Counted from the stretch's first letter, positions 1 to 9,723 are shown. The stretch is 64,000 nucleotides of DNA from Rhodospirillales bacterium (GCA_038117225.1 JAYOFM010000004.1:277-64276), one strand, 5' to 3'. Translations and numbers: made by a program. The notes: generated from the letters alone by a model not told the origin.

Positions 1-1
1 T

Positions 2-199
2 ACCCGGCTCGGTCCGGACGACGGAATTCCGGTCGGCGGTGTCTTGTACGCGCTTTGCTGTAACGGAATCGGCGATTATTGGGTCGGCAATCGCAATATT
101 CTGGAGACAAACGAGGGCGGCGCGCGGATTCTTTCATCCTACGTCGAGGACAGCCGCGACTTCCACGATTGCAACCTGGAATTCTCCTGGTCCGCCTAG
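2..199 (+). CDS. 3' end of an unidentified protein-coding gene (partial, enters from the window edge)
   Basis: Open frame from the window edge to TAG 197-199 (...NGIGDYWVGNRNILETNEGGARILSSYVEDSRDFHDCNLEFSWSA*). Third codon positions are G/C-rich. No family recognised. Confidence 0.3.
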   Translation, partial: TRLGPDDGIPVGGVLYALCCNGIGDYWVGNRNILETNEGGARILSSYVEDSRDFHDCNLEFSWSA

Positions 200-269
200 G
201 ACCCCAGCGTCACCATCGAACCGGCGCGCACGCCGCGAGACGCAGACAACATGAAGGAGCTTAATAGCC

Positions 270-509
270 ATGGCCCGTATACTTCCGACAAAGGCCATCC
301 CTGAATTTCTCGAGGCCTATGGCGTCACCACATTCGGTGACGACTGCCCGCCCGAAAAACTGACCGTCAAGGTCTGGGACAAGTACGGGACCACGCCCGA
401 GGATCAGGACAATGCCCCGGGCACCGGCCAGTTCGTCGCCGCGGTAGTCTTTTGCGATGAATGTTCGAAGGACGTGCAAGTGCATCGCGCGCAGCTCGAA
501 AAGAGCTGA
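270..509 (+). CDS. hypothetical small protein (79 aa)
   Basis: ATG preceded by GAAGGAG. Strong G/C third-position bias. A terminator hairpin lies about 80 nt downstream. No family recognised. Confidence 0.5.
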   Translation: MARILPTKAIPEFLEAYGVTTFGDDCPPEKLTVKVWDKYGTTPEDQDNAPGTGQFVAAVVFCDECSKDVQVHRAQLEKS

Positions 510-586
510 ACCGCCCTTCCCCGCCCAATCCACCGCGTTCAGCCCGCACAAGGACGAGGCGTCAACTTCCATCCATAATGCAGACA

Positions 587-622
587 GCGCACCCGTCCCA
601 GACGGGTGCGCTTGTCAATTTT
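587..622 (+). terminator. Rho-independent terminator-like hairpin
   Basis: GCGCACCCGTC / GACGGGTGCGC inverted repeat (587-597 / 601-611) followed by TTGTCAATTTT. It lies between convergent small genes. Confidence 0.5.
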
Positions 623-668
623 GATGGGAAAGTACCGTGCCGCGAACAGCGACGGCACGTTCAGCAGG

Positions 669-839
669 TCAGGCGGCGACGCCTTCGCGCCAAGCAGCCG
701 TTCCCTTGCAGGTCTGGCAGACCCGCTCACCATAGTGAGTGGAGACGAATTGCTGCGCGCACATCAGACACTTGCGGCTCTTTTTCTGCTCCGGGCGGTC
801 CGAGGTCGGTTTCTTGTTATCGTTCTTACGAGAGGCCAT
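669..839 (-). CDS. small basic zinc-ribbon-like protein (56 aa, below the ORF-track cutoff)
   Basis: Own translation: MASRKNDNKKPTSDRPEQKKSRKCLMCAQQFVSTHYGERVCQTCKGTAAWREGVAA*. It has CxxC-13-CxxC. Its ATG shares one base with the TAA of the upstream 61-aa ORF (TAATG). Confidence 0.5.
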   Translation of the reverse strand: MASRKNDNKKPTSDRPEQKKSRKCLMCAQQFVSTHYGERVCQTCKGTAAWREGVAA

Positions 840-1024
840 TATGCGGCCTCCTTCATCTCAATTGCCACGACGTCGCCACGCGAAAGGATGCCGGCGCCGA
901 GGTTCATCAGTTCCGCCGCCTCATCAAGCATCGACGCCGCCGTGGCGGCATCGGCGTGGGCAGCGGCGCTTACAATATCCGCAGCTTCTTGAGTTAAGTA
1001 TTTCACTAGGTTCAGGCGCTCCAT
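839..1024 (-). CDS. hypothetical small acidic Ala-rich protein (61 aa)
   Basis: ORF with GGAGGG about 9 nt upstream of the ATG. Translationally coupled to the downstream zinc-ribbon ORF. No family recognised. Confidence 0.5.
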   Translation of the reverse strand: MERLNLVKYLTQEAADIVSAAAHADAATAASMLDEAAELMNLGAGILSRGDVVAIEMKEAA

Positions 1025-1295
1025 GTGCCCATTCCCTCCGTATCTTCAGATTTTATGTGTTTGACAGTCAGGCGGTTGTAGCAAATTACATATTGCGGCG
1101 CAACAAAAAACCGCAACAACGCGCTGATATTTACTGTTTTTCGGCCGGATTACAGGCCGTTTTGGGGCTTCATCGACGCTCTCCGGCCACGCCACGGCGG
1201 ACAGAGCGCCCCGCTGCCCCACGTTGTGCGTCTTGCATTGTCGCCGTCATCTGTCACCATCGCCACGCAGTGTTGGCGCGGAGTCCTGGCCCTAA

Positions 1296-1940
1296 ATGCA
1301 GATCGACGTGGTCTTCGATACAGTTTGCCCGTGGTGTTTTATCGGCAAACGCCGGCTCGAGCGCGCGCTGGAACAGCGCCCGAACCTCCCAACGCGACTG
1401 AATTGGCGTCCATTCCTTCTCAACCCCGAGATGCCGACCGACGGTATCGATCGGACCGCCTACTTGATCAAGAAATTTGGCAGTGAAACCCGGGTGCGGC
1501 GAATCTACGGCGCGATCGGTGATGCCGGGCAGTCGGTGGAGATCGATTTCGCCTTCGATCGCATCAATCGCACCCCCAATTCCGTCGATTCCCATCGCAT
1601 GGTACGGTTCGCTATGGCCAACGGCGATCGCGCCGATATTACCGTGGAAGCTTTGTTTCGCGCCTATTTCCTGGAAGGACGCGACATCGGGCAACGTGAC
1701 GTGCTGTTGGAGATCGCCGAGGATATCGGTCTCGACCGGGCCGCGCTGGCTGCGCATTTCGACGACGGGGACGACATCGCGGCGATTCATGACGCCAACG
1801 CGCGCGCGCACCGGCTCGGAATCAATGGAGTGCCGGCATTTTCATTCCCCGGCAACTTAGTTATTTCGGGCGCCCAGGAACCTCCCGTCCTGGCCCGCAT
1901 GATTGACGCCGCCAGCGTCATGAGCGAACCCGCCGCCTAG
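1296..1940 (+). CDS. DsbA-family thiol:disulfide oxidoreductase (FrnE / HCCA-isomerase-like)
   Basis: N-terminal FDTVCPWCFIGKRRLE thioredoxin-fold CxxC motif and GVPAF motif near the C-terminus. Length 214 aa. Confidence 0.85.
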   Translation: MQIDVVFDTVCPWCFIGKRRLERALEQRPNLPTRLNWRPFLLNPEMPTDGIDRTAYLIKKFGSETRVRRIYGAIGDAGQSVEIDFAFDRINRTPNSVDSHRMVRFAMANGDRADITVEALFRAYFLEGRDIGQRDVLLEIAEDIGLDRAALAAHFDDGDDIAAIHDANARAHRLGINGVPAFSFPGNLVISGAQEPPVLARMIDAASVMSEPAA

Positions 1941-1945
1941 CCATC

Positions 1946-2473
1946 ATGGCCGGTTCCCTGCACCAGATGACCATGACATACGTCGCCGAACAGGACCGGC
2001 TGCTATTCCGTGTCAGCACCACCGACAACATCGAATACCAAATGTGGTTCACCCGGCGTTTCGTCAACGTGCTGTGGGGCGCCCTGCGTCAGACCATGGA
2101 ACGCAATCCGGGTCTGCGCCAGGACCTAAGCCGCGAGGTCAAGGACGCCATCCTCGGCATGGAACATCAAGAAGCCCTACAGCAGGCCGACTTTTCGCAG
2201 GAACACAAGAAAGACAATACCAACGTCACCTCGAACACCGGTCCGCTACTTGTTACCGGCGGCGCCGTTACGCCCGGCAACGGCGAACTGACCGGCGTCA
2301 AGTTTTCGACCAAGGACGGCACCGATGTCCGCTTTAATCTCAACAAGCAGCTTCTACACGCTTTCTGCCATCTGATGGTATCGACATCGCTGCGCGCCGA
2401 ATGGTCGCTCGATCTCACCATGGGCGACGCCAACGTGGTGCTCCCGGAAGCGGCCGCGCAGCAGGTGCATTAG
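1946..2473 (+). CDS. hypothetical protein (175 aa)
   Basis: ORF starting 6 nt after the DsbA-like stop, with codon bias consistent with coding. No motif recognised. Confidence 0.55.
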   Translation: MAGSLHQMTMTYVAEQDRLLFRVSTTDNIEYQMWFTRRFVNVLWGALRQTMERNPGLRQDLSREVKDAILGMEHQEALQQADFSQEHKKDNTNVTSNTGPLLVTGGAVTPGNGELTGVKFSTKDGTDVRFNLNKQLLHAFCHLMVSTSLRAEWSLDLTMGDANVVLPEAAAQQVH

Positions 2474-2491
2474 AACACCGTTCGGCTTCCT

Positions 2492-5400
2492 CTACTCCGC
2501 CGCCTGACCGGTCGCCCCCGCCTTGGCGACACGAGCCAGTTCGCGGGCCAGATAGCGCACGCCGTCGAGGCGGTCCGGAATGTCGTCCCAGGCGCGCATC
2601 AGAACCAGCCGGTGGTCGGGGCGCAGCTTCGCCGTGCCCCGGTGCGCGGTCAGCCAGTCGACGAGGCCGACCGGGTTGGCGAAGTGATCGTCATGGAAGG
2701 AGACCACGGCGCCCTTCGGCCCGGCCTCAATGCGCGCGATACCACCGGCCTTGCACACCAATTTCAAAGCCACCGTCGCCAGCAGATTCTCCGCCGCTTC
2801 GGGAAGCGGCCCGAACCGGTCGATCATCTCGGCGCCAAAGGCGTCAACCGCGTCGCGATCGGCGAGCCAGGCCAGCCGGCGGTACAGGCCCATGCGCACC
2901 CCGAGATCAGGGACGTAGTAGTCCGGGATCAGGACAGGCATGCCCAGGCTCAATTGCGGACTCCAATCGTCGGCGGCGGCACCCTCGATCCCACGTGCCT
3001 CGGCTACCGCCTCTTCCAGCATGTGCTGGTAGAGCTCGATACCGACCTCGCGGATATGTCCCGATTGTTCCTCCCCCAACAGGTTGCCGGCGCCGCGAAT
3101 GTCGAGGTCGTGGCTGGCCAGCGTGAAACCGGCGCCGAGCGTGTCCAATGTCTGCATGACCTCCAGCCGCTTTTCCGCCGCCTTTGTCAGCTTCTGGCCA
3201 GGTGGCAAGGTCAGGTAGGCATAGGCGCGTACCTTGGAGCGCCCGACACGGCCGCGCAGTTGGTAAAGCTGCCCCAACCCGAACATGTCGGCCCGATGCA
3301 CGATGATGGTATTCACCGACGGCAGATCGAGCCCCGATTCAATGATGTTGGTCGATAGCAGAACGTCGAAACCACCGTCATAGAATCGCGACACGGTATC
3401 TTCCAATTCACGGATCGGCATCTGACCATGCGCCATGCCGACCTTGACCTCGGGCACCAGGTCGGCGAGCCGAGCCGCCAGCTTGTCCAGGTCACCGACG
3501 CGCGGGCAGACATAGAACGTCTGACCGCCACGCAATTGCTCGCGCAGGATCGCCTCGCGCACGATTACCGGATCGAACGGCAGCACGAAGGTGCGCACCG
3601 CCAGACGGTCGACCGGCGGCGTCGCGATCAGGCTCATTTCGCGGATTCCAGTCAACGCCATCTGCAGGGTGCGCGGGATCGGTGTTGCCGTCAGCGTCAG
3701 AACGTGGACATCGGACTTCAGCGCTTTCAGTCGCTCCTTGTGGGCAACGCCGAAGTGCTGCTCCTCGTCGATGACCAACAGGCCCAGGTCGGCAAACCCG
3801 ACGTCCTTGGCCAGCAACGAGTGGGTGCCGATGACGATGTCCAGGCGGCCGGATTTCATTTCCTCCTTGTTCGCCTTGGCATGCTTCGCCGTGACCATCC
3901 GCGACAGCTGGCCGATCCGAATCGGGAAGCCCCGAAAACGTTCGGTGAAGTTCATGAAATGCTGACGGCACAGCAGCGTCGTCGGCACCACCACGGCAAC
4001 CTGTCGACCCTGCATGGCGACGGCGAAAGCGGCGCGCAGGGCGACCTCGGTCTTGCCGAAGCCGACATCGCCGCAGACCAGCCGGTCCGTCGGCCGGCCG
4101 TTGGCAAGGTCGCGCAAGGTATCGTCGATGGCATGTCGCTGATCATCGGTTTCGGTATAGGGGAAGCGGGCGCAGAACTCGTCGAACACACCCTCGGCGA
4201 CGGTGACTTCCGGCACGCGCTGAACCTCGCGCACCGCGGCGACGCCGATCAGCACTTCCGCCATATCGCGGATGCGAGATTTCATCTTCGCCTTGCGCGC
4301 CTGCCAGGCGGCGCCGCCGAGCCGGTCGAGCTGCGCCCCCGCCTCTTCAGATCCGTAGCGCGAGACCACTTCGATGTTCTCGACCGGCAAGAACAGCTTG
4401 GCATCGCCGGCGTAGACTAGCTTCAGGCAATCGTGCGGCGCGCCGCCGACTTCGATGGTTTCCAGGCCGTCGAAACGCGCCACGCCGTGGTCGAGATGCA
4501 CCACCAGATCGCCCGGCGCCAACGCGCCGGCCTCGGCGATGACATTCTCCGGCCGCGTGCGACGGCCGCGTGGGCGTGCCATGCGATCGCCCAGGATATC
4601 GGTTTCCGAGACGACGGCGAGGGTCGGTGTTTCGAACCCCCGTTCGACCTCCAACACAGCCATCGCGACGACACCGGGCGGCAAGCCGTCGATATCGGCA
4701 AAACCATCAACCGTCTGGGTGGCTTCCAGTCCGTGTTCGGCAAGCACGCCGGCCATGCGGTCGCGCGAGCCGTCGCTCAGACTGGCGATGACCACGCGCT
4801 TGCCGGCCCCGTGCAAGGCCGCCACGTGATCACGCATGCCTTCGTAGACGTTGGCGTTGGGATCGACGCGCAGCGGCGCGAAATCGTGCCCCGGCTTGCC
4901 GCCGGCATCGATACCGGCCATCCCGTCGGGCACGTCGAACGGGGCTAGATCGGCGTGCGCCCGCCCGGCCAGCGACGCATCCCATTCCGCGGCGTCGAGA
5001 TACATCCGTTCGGGCGGCACCGGGCGATAGGCGATGCCGGCATCGATGCCGCTGGCGGGGCGTTCACGATCGAGGAATTCCTGCCGCGCGACGTAATATT
5101 CGGAAATCAGATCGAGCCGGGCATCCCGCGCTTCCGGTGCCCGGTGGTCGAGAAACACGGCGGCATCGCCCAGGTAGTCGAACAGGGTGCCGAGCCGGTC
5201 ATGGAACAGCGGCAGCCAGTGTTCCATCCCCATGTGGCGGTGGCCAGCCGAGACCGCTTCGTACAGTGGATCGTCGTCACCGCCGACGCCGAACAATGTC
5301 CGATAACCCGAGCGAAACCGTTCGATGGCGGCGGCGTCGAGCGCCAACTCGGAAACCGGCCCCATGATGGCTTCGTCGATGTTTCCCTGACCGCGCTGCG

Positions 5401-6001
5401 TTCCCGGGTCGAACCAGCGCAGGGTTTCCAGCTCATCGCCAAAGAAATCCATCCGCAGCGGCGCCGGGTGGCTGGCCGCGAAAGCGTCGATAATGCCGCC
5501 ACGGACGGCGTACTCACCGGGTTCCACCACCGTGTCGACACGCAGATAACCCCACCCCTCCAATTCCGCGATCAAGGCGGCCGGCGCAAGATGTTCCCCC
5601 GGCCGCAAACGTCGTTGCGCAGCGGCATAGGTTTCCGGTGGCGGGACCCGTTGCAGCACCGCGGAAACCGTGGTCAGGATCAGACGCCCGGTGCCGTGGT
5701 GTTCGGGATCCGCCGCCAGCCGACACAAGGTATCGACCCGCGCGGACACCAACGCCGGACGCGGCGACACCCGGTCATAGGGCAGGCAATCCCAGGCCGG
5801 AAACGGCAACACGGTAACCTCGGGGGTGAAGAATTCGGCGACGGCGGCGCGACGGTTCATGCCGACGTCATCGCGGGCAACGAAAAGAACGTCCCGCCCG
5901 GTCCGGGCAACCTCCGCCGCCAGCAGAATATCGTGCCCCTCGGGTGCCCCGTGCACCGCGACGCCGCGCGCCGGCGCCAGACTTTCAATCAGCTGCTTCA
6001 C
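2492..6001 (-). CDS. mfd: transcription-repair coupling factor Mfd
   Basis: 1169 aa. Helicase motifs GDVGFGKTEVALRAAF and DEEQHFGV, and a TRCF-type C-terminus. GTG start overlaps the sdhE stop (GTGA). Confidence 0.97.
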   Translation of the reverse strand: MKQLIESLAPARGVAVHGAPEGHDILLAAEVARTGRDVLFVARDDVGMNRRAAVAEFFTPEVTVLPFPAWDCLPYDRVSPRPALVSARVDTLCRLAADPEHHGTGRLILTTVSAVLQRVPPPETYAAAQRRLRPGEHLAPAALIAELEGWGYLRVDTVVEPGEYAVRGGIIDAFAASHPAPLRMDFFGDELETLRWFDPGTQRGQGNIDEAIMGPVSELALDAAAIERFRSGYRTLFGVGGDDDPLYEAVSAGHRHMGMEHWLPLFHDRLGTLFDYLGDAAVFLDHRAPEARDARLDLISEYYVARQEFLDRERPASGIDAGIAYRPVPPERMYLDAAEWDASLAGRAHADLAPFDVPDGMAGIDAGGKPGHDFAPLRVDPNANVYEGMRDHVAALHGAGKRVVIASLSDGSRDRMAGVLAEHGLEATQTVDGFADIDGLPPGVVAMAVLEVERGFETPTLAVVSETDILGDRMARPRGRRTRPENVIAEAGALAPGDLVVHLDHGVARFDGLETIEVGGAPHDCLKLVYAGDAKLFLPVENIEVVSRYGSEEAGAQLDRLGGAAWQARKAKMKSRIRDMAEVLIGVAAVREVQRVPEVTVAEGVFDEFCARFPYTETDDQRHAIDDTLRDLANGRPTDRLVCGDVGFGKTEVALRAAFAVAMQGRQVAVVVPTTLLCRQHFMNFTERFRGFPIRIGQLSRMVTAKHAKANKEEMKSGRLDIVIGTHSLLAKDVGFADLGLLVIDEEQHFGVAHKERLKALKSDVHVLTLTATPIPRTLQMALTGIREMSLIATPPVDRLAVRTFVLPFDPVIVREAILREQLRGGQTFYVCPRVGDLDKLAARLADLVPEVKVGMAHGQMPIRELEDTVSRFYDGGFDVLLSTNIIESGLDLPSVNTIIVHRADMFGLGQLYQLRGRVGRSKVRAYAYLTLPPGQKLTKAAEKRLEVMQTLDTLGAGFTLASHDLDIRGAGNLLGEEQSGHIREVGIELYQHMLEEAVAEARGIEGAAADDWSPQLSLGMPVLIPDYYVPDLGVRMGLYRRLAWLADRDAVDAFGAEMIDRFGPLPEAAENLLATVALKLVCKAGGIARIEAGPKGAVVSFHDDHFANPVGLVDWLTAHRGTAKLRPDHRLVLMRAWDDIPDRLDGVRYLARELARVAKAGATGQAAE

Positions 6002-6282
6002 CGCTGCTTCCGATATTCAATCAGCATGGCCATGACATCGTGGTCGAGGCGTTGCGGTACCGCATCCTTACCGGTGATCCAGTTTTGCAGGTCATGATCG
6101 GGTTCACGCAACAGGGCGTCCAGACGATCCAGCTGATCCTCATCGAGACCGGCCACGTGTTCCACCGCGAACCCGCCGATCAGAATATCGTTCTCGCGGA
6201 TACCATTATGCTGGCAGCGGAACAGCAACCGTTTGCGCCGTGCATCCAAATCCTGATCGGGACGGGAATCTTCGATTTCCAT
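5998..6282 (-). CDS. sdhE: FAD assembly factor SdhE (DUF339 / Sdh5-like)
   Basis: 94-aa internal reading of the 259-aa ORF: MEIEDS...RKRLLFRCQHNGIRENDILIGGF...DHDLQNWITG. Typical SdhE size and motif region, and coupled to mfd. Confidence 0.8.
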   Translation of the reverse strand: MEIEDSRPDQDLDARRKRLLFRCQHNGIRENDILIGGFAVEHVAGLDEDQLDRLDALLREPDHDLQNWITGKDAVPQRLDHDVMAMLIEYRKQR

Positions 6283-6369
6283 TGCCACGGTGACTGCCTC
6301 GCCTACGATGGGAGCTACGATATAGTCGTAACGCAACCCGCTGTCAGCCTTCTCACTGCCAATCCGGTC

Positions 6370-8451
6370 ATGCGCCCCGAAATACTGTTTCCCCTGTTCA
6401 AGCCCGTCACGTCCATTACCGGCGTCGGGCCGCGCATTGCCGCCGCCATCGAACGGCTGGCGGGACCGCATGTGGTGGATCTGTGCTGGCACTTGCCGAG
6501 CGGACTCATCGACCGTCGCTACGCCCCCGACATCATCGATGCCCGCCCGGGAACCATCGCCACGCTGACGCTGACGGTTGGCGATCACAGACCTTCGCGA
6601 AACAAGCGCCAGCCCTACCGTGTCCAGTGCAGCGATGCCACTGGGTCGATCGAACTGGTATTCTTCCACGCCCGCGCCGATTACCTGCTCAAGACCCTGC
6701 CCGTCGGCGACACCCGCGTCATCAGCGGCCGTATCGAGGAATTTTCCGGCGGCTTGCAGATGACCCACCCGGATCATATCGGAACGTTGGCCGAGCGGGA
6801 AAAACTGATGGCCGTGGAACCGGTCTATCCGTTAACCGCCGGGGTTTCTCTCAAGGTCCTCGGCAAGGCCGTCGACAAGGCCGTTGCCGTGGCGCCGGAG
6901 TTCGAGGAGTGGCTCGACACCGCCCTGCTTGAACGCGAAGGCTGGCCCGCCTGGCGGGATGCACTGACGACCGCGCATACCCCCGCGTCCGAAATCGACT
7001 TGGCGCCCCAGGCGACGGCGCGGCGCCGGCTTGCCTATGATGAACTGCTCGCCAATCAACTGGCGCTGGCATTGGTCCGGCAGTCCGTGCGCAAGCTCAA
7101 GGGCCGTAAAACCACCGGCGACGGCCATCTGCGCGCACTGATTCTCTCCGCCCTGCCCTATACCTTGACCGGCGCGCAGAGTACCGCGCTGGACGAAATC
7201 ACCGCCGATATGGCCGACGATGCCCGCATGTTGCGCCTGTTGCAGGGCGATGTCGGCAGCGGCAAGACGGTGGTGGCCCTGCTGGCCATGCTCGTCGCGG
7301 TGGAAGCCGGTGCCCAGGCCGTGCTGATGGCGCCAACGGAAATTCTCGCGCGCCAGCATTTGGCCACCATCCAGCCGCTTGCCGAGGCCGCGCGGGTTGA
7401 AACCCGGCTGCTCACCGGACGGGAAAAAGGCGCCACGCGACGTAAGATTCTGGAAGACCTCGCCTCCGGTGCCGCCGGGATCGCCGTCGGCACGCACGCG
7501 CTGTTTCAGGACGATGTGGACTTCGCCGATCTGGCGATGGCGGTGATTGATGAACAGCACCGCTTCGGCGTTCATCAACGTCTGACCCTTGCCGCCAAGG
7601 GCCGCGGCGTCGATGTCCTGGTGATGACGGCGACGCCGATCCCCCGCACCCTGATGCTGACCGCCTATGGTGACATGGAGGTGTCGCGGCTGACCGAAAA
7701 GCCCCCTGGTCGCCGCCCCATCGATACCCGGGCCATTCCGCTGGACCGACTGACCGAGGTTCAGACGGCACTGGCCCGCTCCGTCGCCAAGGGTGCGCGC
7801 GCCTATTGGGTGTGTCCGCTGGTCGAGGAATCGGAACTGCTAGACGTCGCCGCCGCCGAGGATCGCCACAAGGCATTGCAGGCACTTTACGGCGACCGTG
7901 TCGGCCTCGTCCACGGGCGCATGAAGGGACCCGCCAAGGATGCCGTGATGGCGGCCTTCGCCGACGGCGCGTTGGATATTCTCGTGGCGACCACCGTCAT
8001 CGAGGTCGGCGTCGACGTTCCGGAGGCCACGGTGATGGTCATCGAACACGCCGAACGATTTGGTCTCGCCCAGCTGCACCAGTTGCGCGGCCGCGTCGGG
8101 CGCGGCGCCGAGGCGTCATCGTGCCTGCTGTTGTATGCGACGCCATTGACCGAAACGGCGCGAGCCCGGCTGCGCATCATGCGCGAAACCGAGGACGGCT
8201 TTCGCATCGCCGAGGAGGATCTGAAGCTGCGCGGCGCGGGCGAACTTCTCGGCACTCGGCAAAGCGGGCTGCCCGAGTTTCGTCTGGCTGATATTGCCGC
8301 CCACGCGGATCTGTTGGCGATGGCGCGCGATGATGCCGCCGTGACCCTCAACCGCGACCCGGAATTACAATCACCCCGCGGTCAGGCCCTGCGCACGCTT
8401 CTATATCTGTTTGAACGGGATGCCGCCGTGAAAAACCTGAGATCGGGCTGA
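6370..8451 (+). CDS. recG: ATP-dependent DNA helicase RecG
   Basis: 693 aa from ATG 6370 (MRPEILFPLFKPVTSITGVGPRI...). Motifs GDVGSGKTVVALLAM and DEQHRFGV. The upstream part of ORF 5944.. is antisense to sdhE and was not called. Confidence 0.95.
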   Translation: MRPEILFPLFKPVTSITGVGPRIAAAIERLAGPHVVDLCWHLPSGLIDRRYAPDIIDARPGTIATLTLTVGDHRPSRNKRQPYRVQCSDATGSIELVFFHARADYLLKTLPVGDTRVISGRIEEFSGGLQMTHPDHIGTLAEREKLMAVEPVYPLTAGVSLKVLGKAVDKAVAVAPEFEEWLDTALLEREGWPAWRDALTTAHTPASEIDLAPQATARRRLAYDELLANQLALALVRQSVRKLKGRKTTGDGHLRALILSALPYTLTGAQSTALDEITADMADDARMLRLLQGDVGSGKTVVALLAMLVAVEAGAQAVLMAPTEILARQHLATIQPLAEAARVETRLLTGREKGATRRKILEDLASGAAGIAVGTHALFQDDVDFADLAMAVIDEQHRFGVHQRLTLAAKGRGVDVLVMTATPIPRTLMLTAYGDMEVSRLTEKPPGRRPIDTRAIPLDRLTEVQTALARSVAKGARAYWVCPLVEESELLDVAAAEDRHKALQALYGDRVGLVHGRMKGPAKDAVMAAFADGALDILVATTVIEVGVDVPEATVMVIEHAERFGLAQLHQLRGRVGRGAEASSCLLLYATPLTETARARLRIMRETEDGFRIAEEDLKLRGAGELLGTRQSGLPEFRLADIAAHADLLAMARDDAAVTLNRDPELQSPRGQALRTLLYLFERDAAVKNLRSG

Positions 8452-8535
8452 AATCCGGGGAATCCCTAACTTGACGTTCAGCAGTAATCGCGTTCAAACA
8501 TACGCTGCTATTTCATCAGGGGAAACCGCTCGCCA

Positions 8536-8772
8536 ATGGCCAGGACAAACGACAGTTATAAATTCGGCGTCCGCTATTTCTTCAGCGGCAGCATCGACAG
8601 GCTGGAAGACTGGCTGGATGTGAACTGCGTCGGTAACTATTCGTACGAATTTCAGGATATCAAGGAAACCGATACCATTTTCAATAAGCTGGAAATCCTG
8701 TTCCGTTTTGAACGTGACGTCGATCGCATTGCGTTTCGCGAACTCATTACGTCCGGCAAGGCGCCCTGGTAA
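8536..8772 (+). CDS. hypothetical small protein (78 aa) in a low-GC islet
   Basis: ORF whose third positions are more G/C-rich than its overall visibly AT-rich composition. No family recognised. Confidence 0.5.
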   Translation: MARTNDSYKFGVRYFFSGSIDRLEDWLDVNCVGNYSYEFQDIKETDTIFNKLEILFRFERDVDRIAFRELITSGKAPW

Positions 8773-8809
8773 CCTCGATCGCTCGCTTCACGAGTCCGAT
8801 TTATTCTAA

Positions 8810-9631
8810 CTATTCGCCTTTTTTCGCCGTTTCCAATCGATCGGCGGGCCGCGACCCCTGGGGGACCAAGATGGTCGTCCCGTCCTTTTCCCGCAGCGTG
8901 TCCAATTCCTCATAGACGGCGGCGGTGGTGACAGGAATTGCCTGCTCGGCCGCCGGGCGGCGGTCGGGCGGCGTGACGATACCACCGGAAATGACCATCT
9001 TGATCGCCTCCTCGACGCCCATCGTCAGTGGGACCAGATCTTTCATCGGCACGAACAACAAGAACCCGGACGTCGGGTTGGGCGTCGTCGGTAGGAAGAT
9101 ATTGATGCATTCTTCCTCCGTGAGATTCTGCACTTCGCCCTTGGTGGTGCCGGTAATGAAGGCAATGGCCCACATGCCGCGGCGTGGATATTCAACCAAC
9201 ACGGCCTCGCGAAAGGCGTTCGATTGTTGCGCCAGCACTGTTTCCAGGATTTGTTTGACCGCCGAATAGACGTTGCGGACGACGGGCATGCCGCTCAGTG
9301 TGCGTTCCTGAATACGCAGCCACAGGCGGCCGAAGAAGCCGGCGGTCAGGGCACCGGTCAATGTCAGAGCCGCGACCAGGATAACCAGACCAAGTCCCGG
9401 CAGCGCGAACGGCAGATAGGTTTCTGGATTGTACTTGGCAGGAATCAACGGGGTTACACGACTGTCGACAAAGCTGATGAACAGCCACGACAGGTAGAGC
9501 GTGATCGAAATCGGCGCGGTGATCAGAATGCCCGCGAGAAAATACGCCCGCAGTCGGGCGCCCGCGCTTAGTCCCCGCTTGCGCTCTATCGTCCCGAGCG
9601 CGTTGGAAGCGTCCGACGGCGTGTCATTCAT
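8810..9631 (-). CDS. DUF502-family membrane protein
   Basis: 273 aa. Two N-terminal TM helices (YFLAGILITAPISITLYLSWLFISFVD...) and the conserved soluble part ...WAIAFITG...VFLPTTPNPTSGFLLFVP. Confidence 0.8.
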   Translation of the reverse strand: MNDTPSDASNALGTIERKRGLSAGARLRAYFLAGILITAPISITLYLSWLFISFVDSRVTPLIPAKYNPETYLPFALPGLGLVILVAALTLTGALTAGFFGRLWLRIQERTLSGMPVVRNVYSAVKQILETVLAQQSNAFREAVLVEYPRRGMWAIAFITGTTKGEVQNLTEEECINIFLPTTPNPTSGFLLFVPMKDLVPLTMGVEEAIKMVISGGIVTPPDRRPAAEQAIPVTTAAVYEELDTLREKDGTTILVPQGSRPADRLETAKKGE

Positions 9632-9723
9632 ACGAATTCATCCAATCACTCATTTTGACCATCATCGGGGTTGGTCGGTTCCGATACCCGAGGTCGCGAG
9701 ACCGCGGCCCACGGGCGAACCGC

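Noticed and set aside
1061-1130. TTGACA and repeated CGCAACAA / TTGC...GCAA elements between the small-gene pair and the DsbA-like gene. Considered as promoter or operator sites.
   Set aside because: Spacing to any acceptable -10 hexamer is ambiguous on both strands. The repeats are short and imperfect.
5944-6369. N-terminal 142 codons of the 835-aa RecG ORF.
   Set aside because: They overlap sdhE and the mfd start on the opposite strand. The RecG-like sequence begins at ATG 6370 (MRPEILFPLF...).
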